A stretch of DNA of 64,000 nucleotides from Candidatus Levyibacteriota bacterium (GTDB lineage Bacteria; Patescibacteriota; Microgenomatia; Levybacterales; UBA12049). The stretch is taken from assembly GCA_027459745.1 (NCBI GenBank), contig DAIDHL010000004.1, positions 79,240 through 143,239 on the forward strand, written 5' to 3'. The notes under the pieces are model-generated. The model had not been told where the DNA came from and made no database searches. It was given only the letters and a program-made list of their open reading frames with translations. Numbering within the stretch: position 1 is the first letter of the stretch; the number at the start of each line of letters is the position of its first letter. Of this stretch, positions 1 through 9,736 are shown piece by piece. Made by a program: the position numbers and the translations under genes.

Positions 1-411
1 CGTATCGTAGCTACACCGGAAAACTGGAAGATCGAGGAAAACGATAAAACTCTGGCCCAAATTAACCAAATTCCCTTGCGCCTCGCCTGGGCAATTACGG
101 TACATAAAAGCCAGGGCATGAGTTTGGATGGAGCTGAGATAGATTTGTCCAAAGCTTTTGAACCAGGCATGGGCTATGTGGCTTTATCACGCGTGCGGAC
201 TTTAAATGGAATTAAATTGTTGGGCATTAATGATGTGGCATATGAAGTTAACCGCGAAGCTTTAGATTTAGATCGTTCGTTATTGCAACAATCACTAAAA
301 GCAGATGAATATTTACAAGCTTTAGGAGAGACTCAAATTTCTGAATTACAAGCCAAATTTATGCAGAAAATCCACACACAAGAGTTGGATGATACAGACT
401 TGGCGGATTAG
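1..411 (+). CDS. PIF1/RecD-like SF1B helicase, C-terminal part (5' truncated by window)
   Basis: Frame open from base 1; [21 protein letters not shown] and [11 protein letters not shown] are the C-terminal helicase motifs of the Pif1 family. Confidence 0.85.
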   Translation, partial: RIVATPENWKIEENDKTLAQINQIPLRLAWAITVHKSQGMSLDGAEIDLSKAFEPGMGYVALSRVRTLNGIKLLGINDVAYEVNREALDLDRSLLQQSLKADEYLQALGETQISELQAKFMQKIHTQELDDTDLAD

Positions 412-473
412 TATCAAAAATAAAGATAAATGACTTGTACTTCCACCTAAAGGGTGATATATAATTGATCAGC

Positions 474-899
474 ATGTTATTCATTTTTCTTGCTCTGATT
501 TTTTATACCATTGCTATCTTTTTCATCACCATTGCTTCTAGACATACTGATGCTGGAGTGGTAGCTGCGGTGTCCAATATTTTAGCCGCCATTATCCCCT
601 TGCTTATCATTATCCCGCTTATCAATAAACAACTTTGGGTAAATAATAAATTAGGTATTTTGATGGCAGTATTAGGTGGAATCTCTATCGCTCTATTTTC
701 CATTGTTTTTTCTAAAAGTTTGATGGTCAATAAAGTAGCCATTGTCACGCCTATCGTTTATGGTGGCATGATTTTTCTTACGGCCATACTTAGCTATGTT
801 TTTCTAAAGGAGAAAATTTCACTCTTCCAAGGAATTGGCTTAGTCTTGGTCGGTTGTGGATTAATCTTCATCATCTACGCCAAACTAGCTGGAAAATAG
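474..899 (+). CDS. EamA/DMT-family small membrane transporter
   Basis: About 5 hydrophobic helices; C-terminal FLKEKISLFQGIGLVLV EamA-like motif; TATAAT at 460-465 favours ATG 474. Confidence 0.75.
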   Translation: MLFIFLALIFYTIAIFFITIASRHTDAGVVAAVSNILAAIIPLLIIIPLINKQLWVNNKLGILMAVLGGISIALFSIVFSKSLMVNKVAIVTPIVYGGMIFLTAILSYVFLKEKISLFQGIGLVLVGCGLIFIIYAKLAGK

Positions 900-909
900 A
901 GATGACCAC

Positions 910-1005
910 AAAAAATTCTAAAATTTTACTTTTTTCTGTTAACTTTGTAAACTTTTAGCTTTTAATTCTATTTTGAAATTTGAATTATTCTAGATACTAG
1001 ATACT
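910..1005. repeat. AT-rich imperfect 6-7 bp tandem repeats in convergent intergenic region
   Basis: cttttag-cttttaa, ttgaaat-ttgaatt and tagatac-tagatac units. Confidence 0.4.
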
Positions 1006-1006
1006 C

Positions 1007-2074
1007 TTATATATTAGTGGATCCCTTGTAGACTTTAGGTGTTAACCAATCAGCTGGAGGATTTACTTCATCCATGTTTTTAGGTTCTTGCTGTTGATTT
1101 TTCTTTTGATTTACCTGCTCTTGCTGTAATTGCTGACGAATAGCCTGTTGTCTGCGTTGCAATTGCTGAGTATTATTTTGGGCTGGTCTACTCTCTTGAG
1201 TAGGGGCTTCCAAAACATCCTGCGCTGTTTGTTCACTGGACTGTCTTTGGTTAAAATTGCGCTGTTGTGGTTGGCGATTTGCATTTTGATTTACCGGATT
1301 TTGACGGCGTTGGTTGTTATTTTGACGTGTCTGGAATTGATCCATGGGTCTTTTTGCACCTTTGCGCAACAAAATAGCAGCTATTTCAAAAGCTAAATAA
1401 CTGGTGCTTTCCTGTTGGAAATTGTTGGTAGCGGCATGAATTCCATACAAGAGATTTTGGGCGGTATCAATGTCAAAGTCATAACCCAAAGATAGTAATA
1501 AATCGGCTACCTGTTCACTGACAGAAGAAAACCTGGGAGAAACTAAGACTACGTTTCCATAGTTTTCGTTTTCTTCTTTGTTATCGATATTGATAACTGT
1601 GACATTCTTCAAACTTTCCGGAGTAACTAATTGACCCAAGTCAGATATATGAGGAGTACCTACAGTAATAAATAAACCGCTTAAGGAACCACCATGATTA
1701 TAACGTACATCATCTTCAGTAAATGAAAAACCCTGTTCGCCTGGTTTTACAATGATATTCAAAAATCCATTGTCTAAAGTATAAGAAACTTTTTCAATTT
1801 CTCCCTCTTCTTTGTAAGGGAAAGATACAACTAAATCTCCACCTGTACCTTGAATTGCAGTTTGAACTTTATCGATGGCAACCAATGAAGAATGTTCTAC
1901 TAAGGGATTTTCTGGAGCAACCACACTTACTTTTTTACCAGCTTGTGTGAAAGTCAGATAAATTGAAAGAGCAGCAGCCAATTCATCCAAACTCGGCTGT
2001 TGTTTGACGGCAATGGTGACTTGATCATTTTGATCGATGATGTCTTTAATTTGCTGTAAGGCTTGACTATCCAT
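1007..2074 (-). CDS. Degenerate DHH-family (NrnA-like) protein with Q/N-rich C-terminal tail
   Basis: DHH-like layout (VINIDNK where IDHH is expected; SSVSEQV; AQNLLYGI); downstream of infB; low-complexity tail. Confidence 0.65.
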   Translation of the reverse strand: MDSQALQQIKDIIDQNDQVTIAVKQQPSLDELAAALSIYLTFTQAGKKVSVVAPENPLVEHSSLVAIDKVQTAIQGTGGDLVVSFPYKEEGEIEKVSYTLDNGFLNIIVKPGEQGFSFTEDDVRYNHGGSLSGLFITVGTPHISDLGQLVTPESLKNVTVINIDNKEENENYGNVVLVSPRFSSVSEQVADLLLSLGYDFDIDTAQNLLYGIHAATNNFQQESTSYLAFEIAAILLRKGAKRPMDQFQTRQNNNQRRQNPVNQNANRQPQQRNFNQRQSSEQTAQDVLEAPTQESRPAQNNTQQLQRRQQAIRQQLQQEQVNQKKNQQQEPKNMDEVNPPADWLTPKVYKGSTNI

Positions 2075-2107
2075 AAATTTATAGCTAATTAAATGTATCC
2101 TATATTA

Positions 2108-3577
2108 TTAGCTATGGCATACTAACATATCTCCCAGTTGAAAGTCAAGAGGGGTAGCTAAAACCAGCCCAGCTTCATGGCCTTTTTCGACCTTAGATTG
2201 TACGTCTTTACCTACGCGCAAAGATGCTATAGTAGTTTCACCCACTATCTGGTCTCCACGCATAAGTCTGATGCGATCTCCCCTAGCCACACGCCCCTCC
2301 ATCACCCTTATACCCAAAGCAAAGGTTTTCTCGAAAGGGAATTTAGCCATAATCTTAGCTGTCCCAAATACCTGTTCTACAGCCGCACGCTGCCTACCTT
2401 CAAGCACGTCGGTAATTTCATCGATCATTTCATAGATAATGTTGTAGTTTTTGGCTAATACACGCTCAGTTATGGCTAGTTTCTGGATTTCTGGTTTAAT
2501 CTTGCTATTGAAGCTAACCACCAACGCTCCTGTAGATTTCGCCAGCAAAATATCGGCTTCCGAAACTTCTCCTGTCTTTTTAGCAATGATCTTAACTGCT
2601 TCAGGTAGAGCATACGTGATAGCTTCTAAAGAACCTTCAGTATCAGCACAAATAACTAAAGAAACTCCTCCACGCTCCTCTTCCTTGGCTACATACCTTA
2701 ATTCTCGTTGCATAGGCTCTTGCTCCTCCTGGATGGTCTTAAAGGCATTATCTTTGCCAGTGACTATACTACCCACAGGCAAAAAGTCGGTCATTCCTAG
2801 TACTTCTACAGCCTCTCCTACACTGGCTGTAGTAACTTGTTTGCCAAGCGGTGAAATGAGGGTACGCACACGAAAAGCCTGACCTTCACACACTACATCC
2901 TCACGCACATGCAGTGTCCCATTTTTAACTACTATGGTGGCTTTAGCACCTACTTTAGGATCACGTTTGGACTCGATTACGATTGCTAGTAAGGGGGCAT
3001 CAGCTTTAATGGCGGGATTTCTTACCTGCATTTCAAAGGAAAGTAAAATTAGATCAAGCAGTTCTTTAATATTGCGATTCGTTTTGGCAGAAACCTCCAT
3101 GTAGGGTATATCTCCACCCAGGCCTTCCAGCAAAACGTTCTCCCGTAATAGTTGTTGTTTAACCTTTTCTGTCTGAGCTTCGGGCAAATCTGACTTGGTA
3201 AGTGCAACAATAAAAGGCAGTTTTTCTTGTTGTAATAATTGAATACTCTCTTTGGTTTGAGGCATAACACCATCAGTTAAAGAAACAACTAAGATTCCAA
3301 TATCCGCCGCCTGAGCACCTCGACTGCGCATAGAAGTGAATGCCTCATGTCCTGGAGTATCGATAAAAGTTATTTGTCTTGTTTGACCATCATAGGGAAT
3401 TTCAATAGATGAAGCACCAATTTTTTGGGTTATACCACCAAATTCTCGATCAGCAATAGAAGTCTTGCGAATAGCATCCAAAAGGGTGGTTTTACCATGA
3501 TCTACATGACCAAGGACAGTTACGACTGGTGGAAATTGGTTAGTTGTTTGAGATGGTGTGGGTTTTTGATTTGCCAT
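2108..3577 (-). CDS. infB: Translation initiation factor IF-2 (short form, no long N-terminal domain)
   Basis: PPVVTVLGHVDHGKTTLLD, GGITQKIGA, DTPGHEAF; follows nusA; SD-like GAGGAGG upstream. Confidence 0.97.
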   Translation of the reverse strand: MANQKPTPSQTTNQFPPVVTVLGHVDHGKTTLLDAIRKTSIADREFGGITQKIGASSIEIPYDGQTRQITFIDTPGHEAFTSMRSRGAQAADIGILVVSLTDGVMPQTKESIQLLQQEKLPFIVALTKSDLPEAQTEKVKQQLLRENVLLEGLGGDIPYMEVSAKTNRNIKELLDLILLSFEMQVRNPAIKADAPLLAIVIESKRDPKVGAKATIVVKNGTLHVREDVVCEGQAFRVRTLISPLGKQVTTASVGEAVEVLGMTDFLPVGSIVTGKDNAFKTIQEEQEPMQRELRYVAKEEERGGVSLVICADTEGSLEAITYALPEAVKIIAKKTGEVSEADILLAKSTGALVVSFNSKIKPEIQKLAITERVLAKNYNIIYEMIDEITDVLEGRQRAAVEQVFGTAKIMAKFPFEKTFALGIRVMEGRVARGDRIRLMRGDQIVGETTIASLRVGKDVQSKVEKGHEAGLVLATPLDFQLGDMLVCHS

Positions 3578-3605
3578 GTATTTATTTTTCCTCCTCTAAT
3601 AATGA

Positions 3606-3695
3606 TTTTCAATTTATAATTTCTAATTTTCATTGATTTGACCTCTAAACATTTCAAGTTGATTAAAAATTGAAAATTTTAAATTAAAAAATGAA
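3606..3695. repeat. Two inverted arrays of imperfect heptamer repeats (stem-loop element) between nusA and infB
   Basis: Left ttttcaa-tttataa-tttctaa-ttttcat; right attaaaa-attgaaa-attttaa-attaaaa; arms roughly reverse-complementary. Confidence 0.6.
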
Positions 3696-3696
3696 G

Positions 3697-4833
3697 TTAC
3701 TCGGTTGCTTTATTTTCTTCTGCTGGAGTCACTTGCTCTCCCTTATGTTCTATATCCTCAGGAGCTTCTTTTACAACGGATGGTTCATTGACTGCTTCGT
3801 GAATTTCTTGGGTAACAGCCGCTAAGTTAGCTTCTTTTTCGACTTGTTCTTCCGCTTTTTCTTCTACTACTTCCTCGACCGGCTCTTCTTGTCCAGCTAT
3901 TTCAATACGATAGCCTGTAAGCTTGGAAGCCAACCGCACATTCTGCCCTTCTTTGCCAATAGCCAGTGACAACTCGTCTTGAGGAACAGCTACGCGAGCT
4001 ACCTTGTCAGCTTCATTAATCTGAGCTGTTACATGTTTGGCAGGAGACAAAGCTTGAGCAACATATAAAGAAGGCTCATCTTGCCATTGAATAATATCAA
4101 TCTTTTCCAAACCATTAAATTCCTGAATGATGGCTTGAATACGAACGCCTTTTTGCCCTACGCATGAACCAACTGGGTCAATACCAGATTGATTTGAATA
4201 AACTGCTACTTTGGAGCGATTACCTGGCTCACGCACGATAGATTTAATTTCCACACTTCCCTGAGCAACTTCGGGCACTTCACGTTTAAATAATCCTTCG
4301 AGCAAACCATTATCAGTTCGGGAAACAATAATTTCATCTCCACGCGGACCGGGTTTGATTTCTTTTAGATAAACAGACAATCTCTGATTCAAATTGTATT
4401 TTTCATTTTGAATTTGTTCATGTGGAGGCATAACACCTTCCGCTTTACCAACATCGATAATGACATTGGGACCAGCAAAACGCAGTACCATACCATTTAC
4501 AACTGTACCGATACGAACTTTATAATCTGTCAGGATTGCTTCTTTTTCACGCTCACGAATTTTTTGCAAAATAATTTGCTTGGCGGTTTGTGCAGCAATA
4601 CGACCAAAACCTGGAGGTGTGACATCTTCTTTGTTATGGAAAATTTTCGCTTCACCACTATTTGGATCCAACTCTGCAGAATATTCCTCAACGACAATAT
4701 CCGGATGATCTTTGCGATAAGCAGCTAAGATTGCAGCATTCACGGTTTCTAAAACCACAGATACATCCAAACCTCTTTCAGAGGCGACTTGATTTAAAGC
4801 TAATGCAAATTCAGATCTTTGTATTGCTGGCAT
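3697..4833 (-). CDS. nusA: Transcription termination/antitermination factor NusA
   Basis: FGRIAAQTAKQII, S1 and KH domains, DPVGSCVGQKG, SLAIGKEGQNVRLASKLTG. Confidence 0.97.
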   Translation of the reverse strand: MPAIQRSEFALALNQVASERGLDVSVVLETVNAAILAAYRKDHPDIVVEEYSAELDPNSGEAKIFHNKEDVTPPGFGRIAAQTAKQIILQKIREREKEAILTDYKVRIGTVVNGMVLRFAGPNVIIDVGKAEGVMPPHEQIQNEKYNLNQRLSVYLKEIKPGPRGDEIIVSRTDNGLLEGLFKREVPEVAQGSVEIKSIVREPGNRSKVAVYSNQSGIDPVGSCVGQKGVRIQAIIQEFNGLEKIDIIQWQDEPSLYVAQALSPAKHVTAQINEADKVARVAVPQDELSLAIGKEGQNVRLASKLTGYRIEIAGQEEPVEEVVEEKAEEQVEKEANLAAVTQEIHEAVNEPSVVKEAPEDIEHKGEQVTPAEENKATE

Positions 4834-4920
4834 ACTAAGTTAGTATATCAGATCGAGGCCACATGATCAACCACTAGGTGTAACTTGTAGCAGGATAAAA
4901 AATTGATTAAACTAGTATAA

Positions 4921-6267
4921 GTGAAATCTATTTTAATTCTGCTTATTGTGTTAGTAATCGCGGCAGCTGCATCTTTAACTGGCGGTTTTAGCACATTTTT
5001 ACAACCGGTAAATCAAGCCAGCTTGGGATCTATAAGTACTACAATTACCGGCACTTCTACTGGATCAAATAGTTCAACCACTTTAAATGATACCTCCAAA
5101 AGTTTTACACCCGGATCTTTGGTCGGAGATACCATAACCATTAATACCGGCACTGGTGCAGGAGAGTCGGCCACTATAACTTCCAATACGAATAATCAAG
5201 TTACTGTTGATAAACCCTGGCCAACTACGCCTGATACGTCATCAAAATACACAATTACTACTCCTGGCGCAGGAGCTTCGGCAAGTAGCGGAAGTGTAAT
5301 ATTAAAACCTGCACCAAATCAGAATGGACAACAACTCCAATTGAATACTTTTACAATGATTACAATGACACCAACTACAGCACCAACTCCCGCAACAGCT
5401 TGTGTATCTACCGATGGGCCTCGAACCGCTAATTGTTCCTGCAGACCTCCAAGTGTGATCGCAGTAACCTGTAACTCCGGTAACACAACTCCAAGCGTGT
5501 ACTTAGGCCACATGATAAATGAAACATGTCCAGATGAGGGTTTCCCTTGTCAAGATGTGAACCCAATATACTTATCCGGATTAAGCTGTACTCCGACAAG
5601 TTGTGTTTATCTGAAAGATAGTTTAGTAATTCCTGGCTACTATACAATACCTGCAAACCCAAACTATTCTAAATATGAAAATTGCAACAATGTTGCAAAT
5701 GTTTGTTTTGATAAACCTGTCATATATTTATATTCTGATAGAATTATAAAAAATGTGTCAGTAAAACTCGTTATTCCCGGGAGAATTTCCAAAAGCATAC
5801 CTAGCTATCCAGCAGAAGGCTGGAACAATATTACAGTTATACCAGGAGGGATAATAAAATTTAACAATACCCTATATAATGAATTATTTTATGAGACGAA
5901 TGTAAACAGAGTACCTAACTTAAGTACGGGTTATGTATATCCTATCAAAAATTTATCTACAAACTTAAATCAACTTGTAACAAACTTGGGACTTAAACAA
6001 TCTGAGCGAGATGAATTTATTAATTATTGGCTACCGAAGCTTTATGCATTAGATAAGCCATATATATACGTAGGTGTTCTTTCTGGACAAATAAAAGATA
6101 GTGTGGATAAAATAGTTATCTATCCTAAACCTGATGCCACAATTGCTTTTCTGACATTATTCAAAGGACTTGATACAGATATCTCAATCACAGCCCCCAA
6201 ACTACCTATAATTCCTGAACGTAAGGGTTTTGTTATGGTAGAATGGGGAGGAGCGATAGCAAACTAG
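4921..6267 (+). CDS. Secreted/anchored multidomain protein (T/S-rich region, Cys-rich segment, C-terminal KPVIYLY...EWGG domain)
   Basis: N-terminal hydrophobic signal; 10 Cys in the middle region; recognisable KPVIYLY and VEWGG motifs. Confidence 0.7.
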   Translation: MKSILILLIVLVIAAAASLTGGFSTFLQPVNQASLGSISTTITGTSTGSNSSTTLNDTSKSFTPGSLVGDTITINTGTGAGESATITSNTNNQVTVDKPWPTTPDTSSKYTITTPGAGASASSGSVILKPAPNQNGQQLQLNTFTMITMTPTTAPTPATACVSTDGPRTANCSCRPPSVIAVTCNSGNTTPSVYLGHMINETCPDEGFPCQDVNPIYLSGLSCTPTSCVYLKDSLVIPGYYTIPANPNYSKYENCNNVANVCFDKPVIYLYSDRIIKNVSVKLVIPGRISKSIPSYPAEGWNNITVIPGGIIKFNNTLYNELFYETNVNRVPNLSTGYVYPIKNLSTNLNQLVTNLGLKQSERDEFINYWLPKLYALDKPYIYVGVLSGQIKDSVDKIVIYPKPDATIAFLTLFKGLDTDISITAPKLPIIPERKGFVMVEWGGAIAN

Positions 6268-6932
6268 AATATTTTTATAGACGACATGATTATATTGACT
6301 ATAGTTGAATCCTCAACTCTATCTTTAGAATTAGAAAATAATGTTTGTATGATAAATTGATAATTACCACTTTGCACAAAGGAGATACTACCTTGTAATT
6401 TACCATATGATTGTCCATTAATAACTGGCCCATCGACTATCCCTGAAGACACATAAGCTAACTTACCACCTATATTAGTCTTTGTATATTTAAGGTCATT
6501 ACTTATTCCTAAGCTTTCTCTTTCTTGTAGAGATTCATTAGAATTTACAACTTCAGTTATTTTAATATATGGGGCAATGGGGTCATAATATCCATCTTCT
6601 ATCGGCGATAATTTTATGATTTTATATCCTGTTAATGATTGGTCCTGAATACTCCAGTTAGCTGGATATTTTAACGTATAAATACCACCTGAATATACCT
6701 GCCAGTCAGCAGGTACAGATGAAGGATTAAGGGCAATTGATGGAGATACATTAGACGGCAGTGACGAACTAACAGTAGTGGGATTACCCACAGAATTAGG
6801 ACTAGGTTGAGCCGAACTGTTATTAACAACCTTAGTTCTTTGAGAAGAAGGAGAAAACTGAAGAAATAGAGAAAATAAGGCTATGATCACGAGTAAAAAT
6901 ACACCTCCAAACACTAAAAGTTTTTTATTCAT
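6264..6932 (-). CDS. Membrane-anchored surface protein, PsbP-like domain
   Basis: N-terminal TM helix, S/P linker, WQVY...YTLKYPANW motif, ends IMSSIKIF. Confidence 0.55.
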   Translation of the reverse strand: MNKKLLVFGGVFLLVIIALFSLFLQFSPSSQRTKVVNNSSAQPSPNSVGNPTTVSSSLPSNVSPSIALNPSSVPADWQVYSGGIYTLKYPANWSIQDQSLTGYKIIKLSPIEDGYYDPIAPYIKITEVVNSNESLQERESLGISNDLKYTKTNIGGKLAYVSSGIVDGPVINGQSYGKLQGSISFVQSGNYQFIIQTLFSNSKDRVEDSTIVNIIMSSIKIF

Positions 6933-6936
6933 AAAG

Positions 6937-9342
6937 TTATTTAGTTAGAATAAGTTGTCCATTAGCGTCAACACTTATAACTATTTTATCACCTCTATTA
7001 ATCTGATCCTGTAGTTTGGCTTTGGCAAGTAAATCTTCTATATTATCTTGGATATACCGGCGCATCGGACGGGCACCGAATTCTAAATCAGCACCTTCTT
7101 TAACTATCTTATCAATCACCTTCTCATTAAAACTCAAACCAATATCTAATGTGGCCATTTGTTGAATAATATCATTTAATATTAACTTCACTATCTGTGT
7201 TAATTCTGCCGGTCCTAATGGTGAAAAAGTAATCACATCATCAAAACGGTTGAGTAATTCGGGACGAAAAATCTGATTTTGCTGTAGATACTCCAGTAGC
7301 TTTTGCTGAAATACTTTATCAATTTTTTGTCCAGCTACCAGATTTTCCCGTACAAATTCTGCTCCTGCATTTGAGGTAGCTATAATAATACTATTTACAA
7401 ACGTCACTGTTCTACCTTTGTTATCGGTCAAGCGTCCATCTTCTAACACCTGCAGGAACAAATCAAGAATTTTGGGGTGCGCTTTTTCAAATTCATCAAG
7501 TAAAACTAAAGAAAACGGATGGTCATGAATTTTATCGGTTAATTCTCCCCGTTCGTTACCTTCACCTGGAGCTGAACCTAACAAACGTCGTTCTCCGTCT
7601 ATATCAGAATATTCCGACATATCCAGCCTGATCATATTTTGCTCACCACCAAAATACACTGATGCTAAAGCTTTGGCTGTTTCTGATTTACCCACACCAG
7701 TAGGACCTAAGAACAAAAAGGAAATTGGCCTGTTTTGAGTTGTTAAACCAGAGCGCAAACGTCTTAGAGCTTCAGCAATAGCAGAAATAGCTTGTGTCTG
7801 GTCAATTACCTTCTCATGTATTTTATCTTCCAGATGTAATAATAAATCCTTTTCCTCTTTAGTAGGCGCCCCAACATTCACCTGAGTTTTTAGACTAATT
7901 TGAGCTTCTACATCGCTTGCTAAAACCACTTTCTGTTTTGATTTACTTAGATAGTGGGATTTGGGGGATATCGCCACACTGTTGGCTGCATCATTGAGTA
8001 AATTTACTGCGCTGCCGGGTAAAACCGCATCTTGTTCATAACGATCAGCTAAATTAATTGCGGTAAGTACCGCATGGTAGCTTAGATATACTCCATTTTT
8101 GTTCTCAATATCTTCAGTCTTGGCTATTAACATTTGTATAGCAACATCTTTATTGGGTTCTGGTACATTGATTAATGTGAATACCTCATGCAGGGGATTT
8201 TGCTGCATGTAAGTCTTGTAATTCCCAGGCGACATACTGGCAATAATGGGCAAAAATCCTGTTTGCAAATAAGGAAGAAGTGCCCCTGACAAATCAATAG
8301 CATATGAGCTGGCACCCATCAAATTTTCAAACTCGGGAATATACAAAATTACATTACGAGCATGTGAAACTTCAGCCACTATAGACTCTAAACGCAATTC
8401 CAGATCACTACGATTTTCTGCTCCCGCAATCAAAGGTCCCACCATCAGTTGTAATATCTTCTTATGGTTCAAAAAACCCGATAAATTAGAATAATAACTA
8501 TCATTAGCCAACTGGGCTACCAAATTCTCCTTCCCCACTCCATCCTCACCTACTAATAATACATTGTTGTTATCTCCTTTACTTAGAGCCTCCAATAAAG
8601 CCCGATACTGATCATCTCTCCCAACTAAAGATGGTGCTATTCCCCGATAACTAAAATCTTGAGTGTAGTTTTTGGTCTCTGGAGTCCAACCGTTTACTAT
8701 TCCTTCACCTATTCCTTCGCCTGTAAAATTCATACGGATTGGCTGAGGATACTCTTCTGATTTAAACTTATAACGTGCCCATAATAATATTTGTAAAAGC
8801 TCCTCTGGCTTGATTTCATGATTAAAAAGAGTTTTAGTTTGATCTTCGGTTAAAAGTAAATATGCTACTAGTGCATCCATAGTCGTGATATATTTCCCGT
8901 TAATTTGCTCTACTATTTCTGCTGCTTTAGCTAAAACCTGATCAACTTTTATTTCAACTAATTTAATTTCTTCTACGGGAATGGCAGATTTTTCTAAAAT
9001 AAAAAATGCTTGCGAGGTTCTTAATAATTTATGTACAAACTTAGCTAATACAATTGTTGAAAAAATAATCTGTAATAAATCTCTGCTAGTAGACAGTGTC
9101 CACTTACCCTTTTCATTTTTCGCCACAGTTAAAGTAGGCTGAACTAAATACACATGAAAGCGAAAGAACAACTCTGATATGACAAACCAAACAAAGACAA
9201 ACAATGGAAGGCTAACCGATAATTTATGATTTAACTGGTTGAAAAATAACAGAATTACAAACACAAAAATCAAAGTCCTAACCGAACGCATTAAGGCAGA
9301 AGTGTAAAATATTTTTAATTTAACAAGACCTTCTATATTCAT
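6937..9342 (-). CDS. Membrane-anchored Clp/Hsp100 (ClpA/B-like) ATPase with degenerate first AAA module
   Basis: Two N-terminal hydrophobic segments; NBD1 GEDGVGKE / ILYIPEFE; NBD2 GPTGVGKSE, LLDEFEKAHP, RPELLNRFD, GARPMRR. Confidence 0.85.
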   Translation of the reverse strand: MNIEGLVKLKIFYTSALMRSVRTLIFVFVILLFFNQLNHKLSVSLPLFVFVWFVISELFFRFHVYLVQPTLTVAKNEKGKWTLSTSRDLLQIIFSTIVLAKFVHKLLRTSQAFFILEKSAIPVEEIKLVEIKVDQVLAKAAEIVEQINGKYITTMDALVAYLLLTEDQTKTLFNHEIKPEELLQILLWARYKFKSEEYPQPIRMNFTGEGIGEGIVNGWTPETKNYTQDFSYRGIAPSLVGRDDQYRALLEALSKGDNNNVLLVGEDGVGKENLVAQLANDSYYSNLSGFLNHKKILQLMVGPLIAGAENRSDLELRLESIVAEVSHARNVILYIPEFENLMGASSYAIDLSGALLPYLQTGFLPIIASMSPGNYKTYMQQNPLHEVFTLINVPEPNKDVAIQMLIAKTEDIENKNGVYLSYHAVLTAINLADRYEQDAVLPGSAVNLLNDAANSVAISPKSHYLSKSKQKVVLASDVEAQISLKTQVNVGAPTKEEKDLLLHLEDKIHEKVIDQTQAISAIAEALRRLRSGLTTQNRPISFLFLGPTGVGKSETAKALASVYFGGEQNMIRLDMSEYSDIDGERRLLGSAPGEGNERGELTDKIHDHPFSLVLLDEFEKAHPKILDLFLQVLEDGRLTDNKGRTVTFVNSIIIATSNAGAEFVRENLVAGQKIDKVFQQKLLEYLQQNQIFRPELLNRFDDVITFSPLGPAELTQIVKLILNDIIQQMATLDIGLSFNEKVIDKIVKEGADLEFGARPMRRYIQDNIEDLLAKAKLQDQINRGDKIVISVDANGQLILTK

Positions 9343-9671
9343 AACTTAATAAAAAATAACCCCAACGAAGCTATCGGTAATATCACAAAACCGCAAATAA
9401 ATAAAAATTCCAAACATAGTAACATAACAAACATTAACATAGAGATTAGAATGAGAACTGTCTTTATAAACATTCCCATGCCTATGGAAAATCCAACCAA
9501 ACCTTGACGATATTCGTTTTTGATCGGTTGAAAAAATGTTCTGAATAATAAACTCAGAGAAAACAAACGCAGAAATGATGTATTTAAAGAAGAAAAAAAT
9601 GATAATAAACCAAGTGGAGCGTTAACATACCAAAATTTCAAGAATTCGACTGGCAGTAATGAATATTGCAT
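9339..9671 (-). CDS. Small membrane protein coupled to the Clp ATPase gene
   Basis: 4-bp overlap with the Clp ATPase start; very hydrophobic; FWYVNAP and LFRTFFQP motifs. Confidence 0.7.
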   Translation of the reverse strand: MQYSLLPVEFLKFWYVNAPLGLLSFFSSLNTSFLRLFSLSLLFRTFFQPIKNEYRQGLVGFSIGMGMFIKTVLILISMLMFVMLLCLEFLFICGFVILPIASLGLFFIKL

Positions 9672-9736
9672 ACTACTCTAGCATAGAAAGTTTGACTCAA
9701 AAAAGCAAACCGATACAAGCTAGAAATAGCTTTGAA

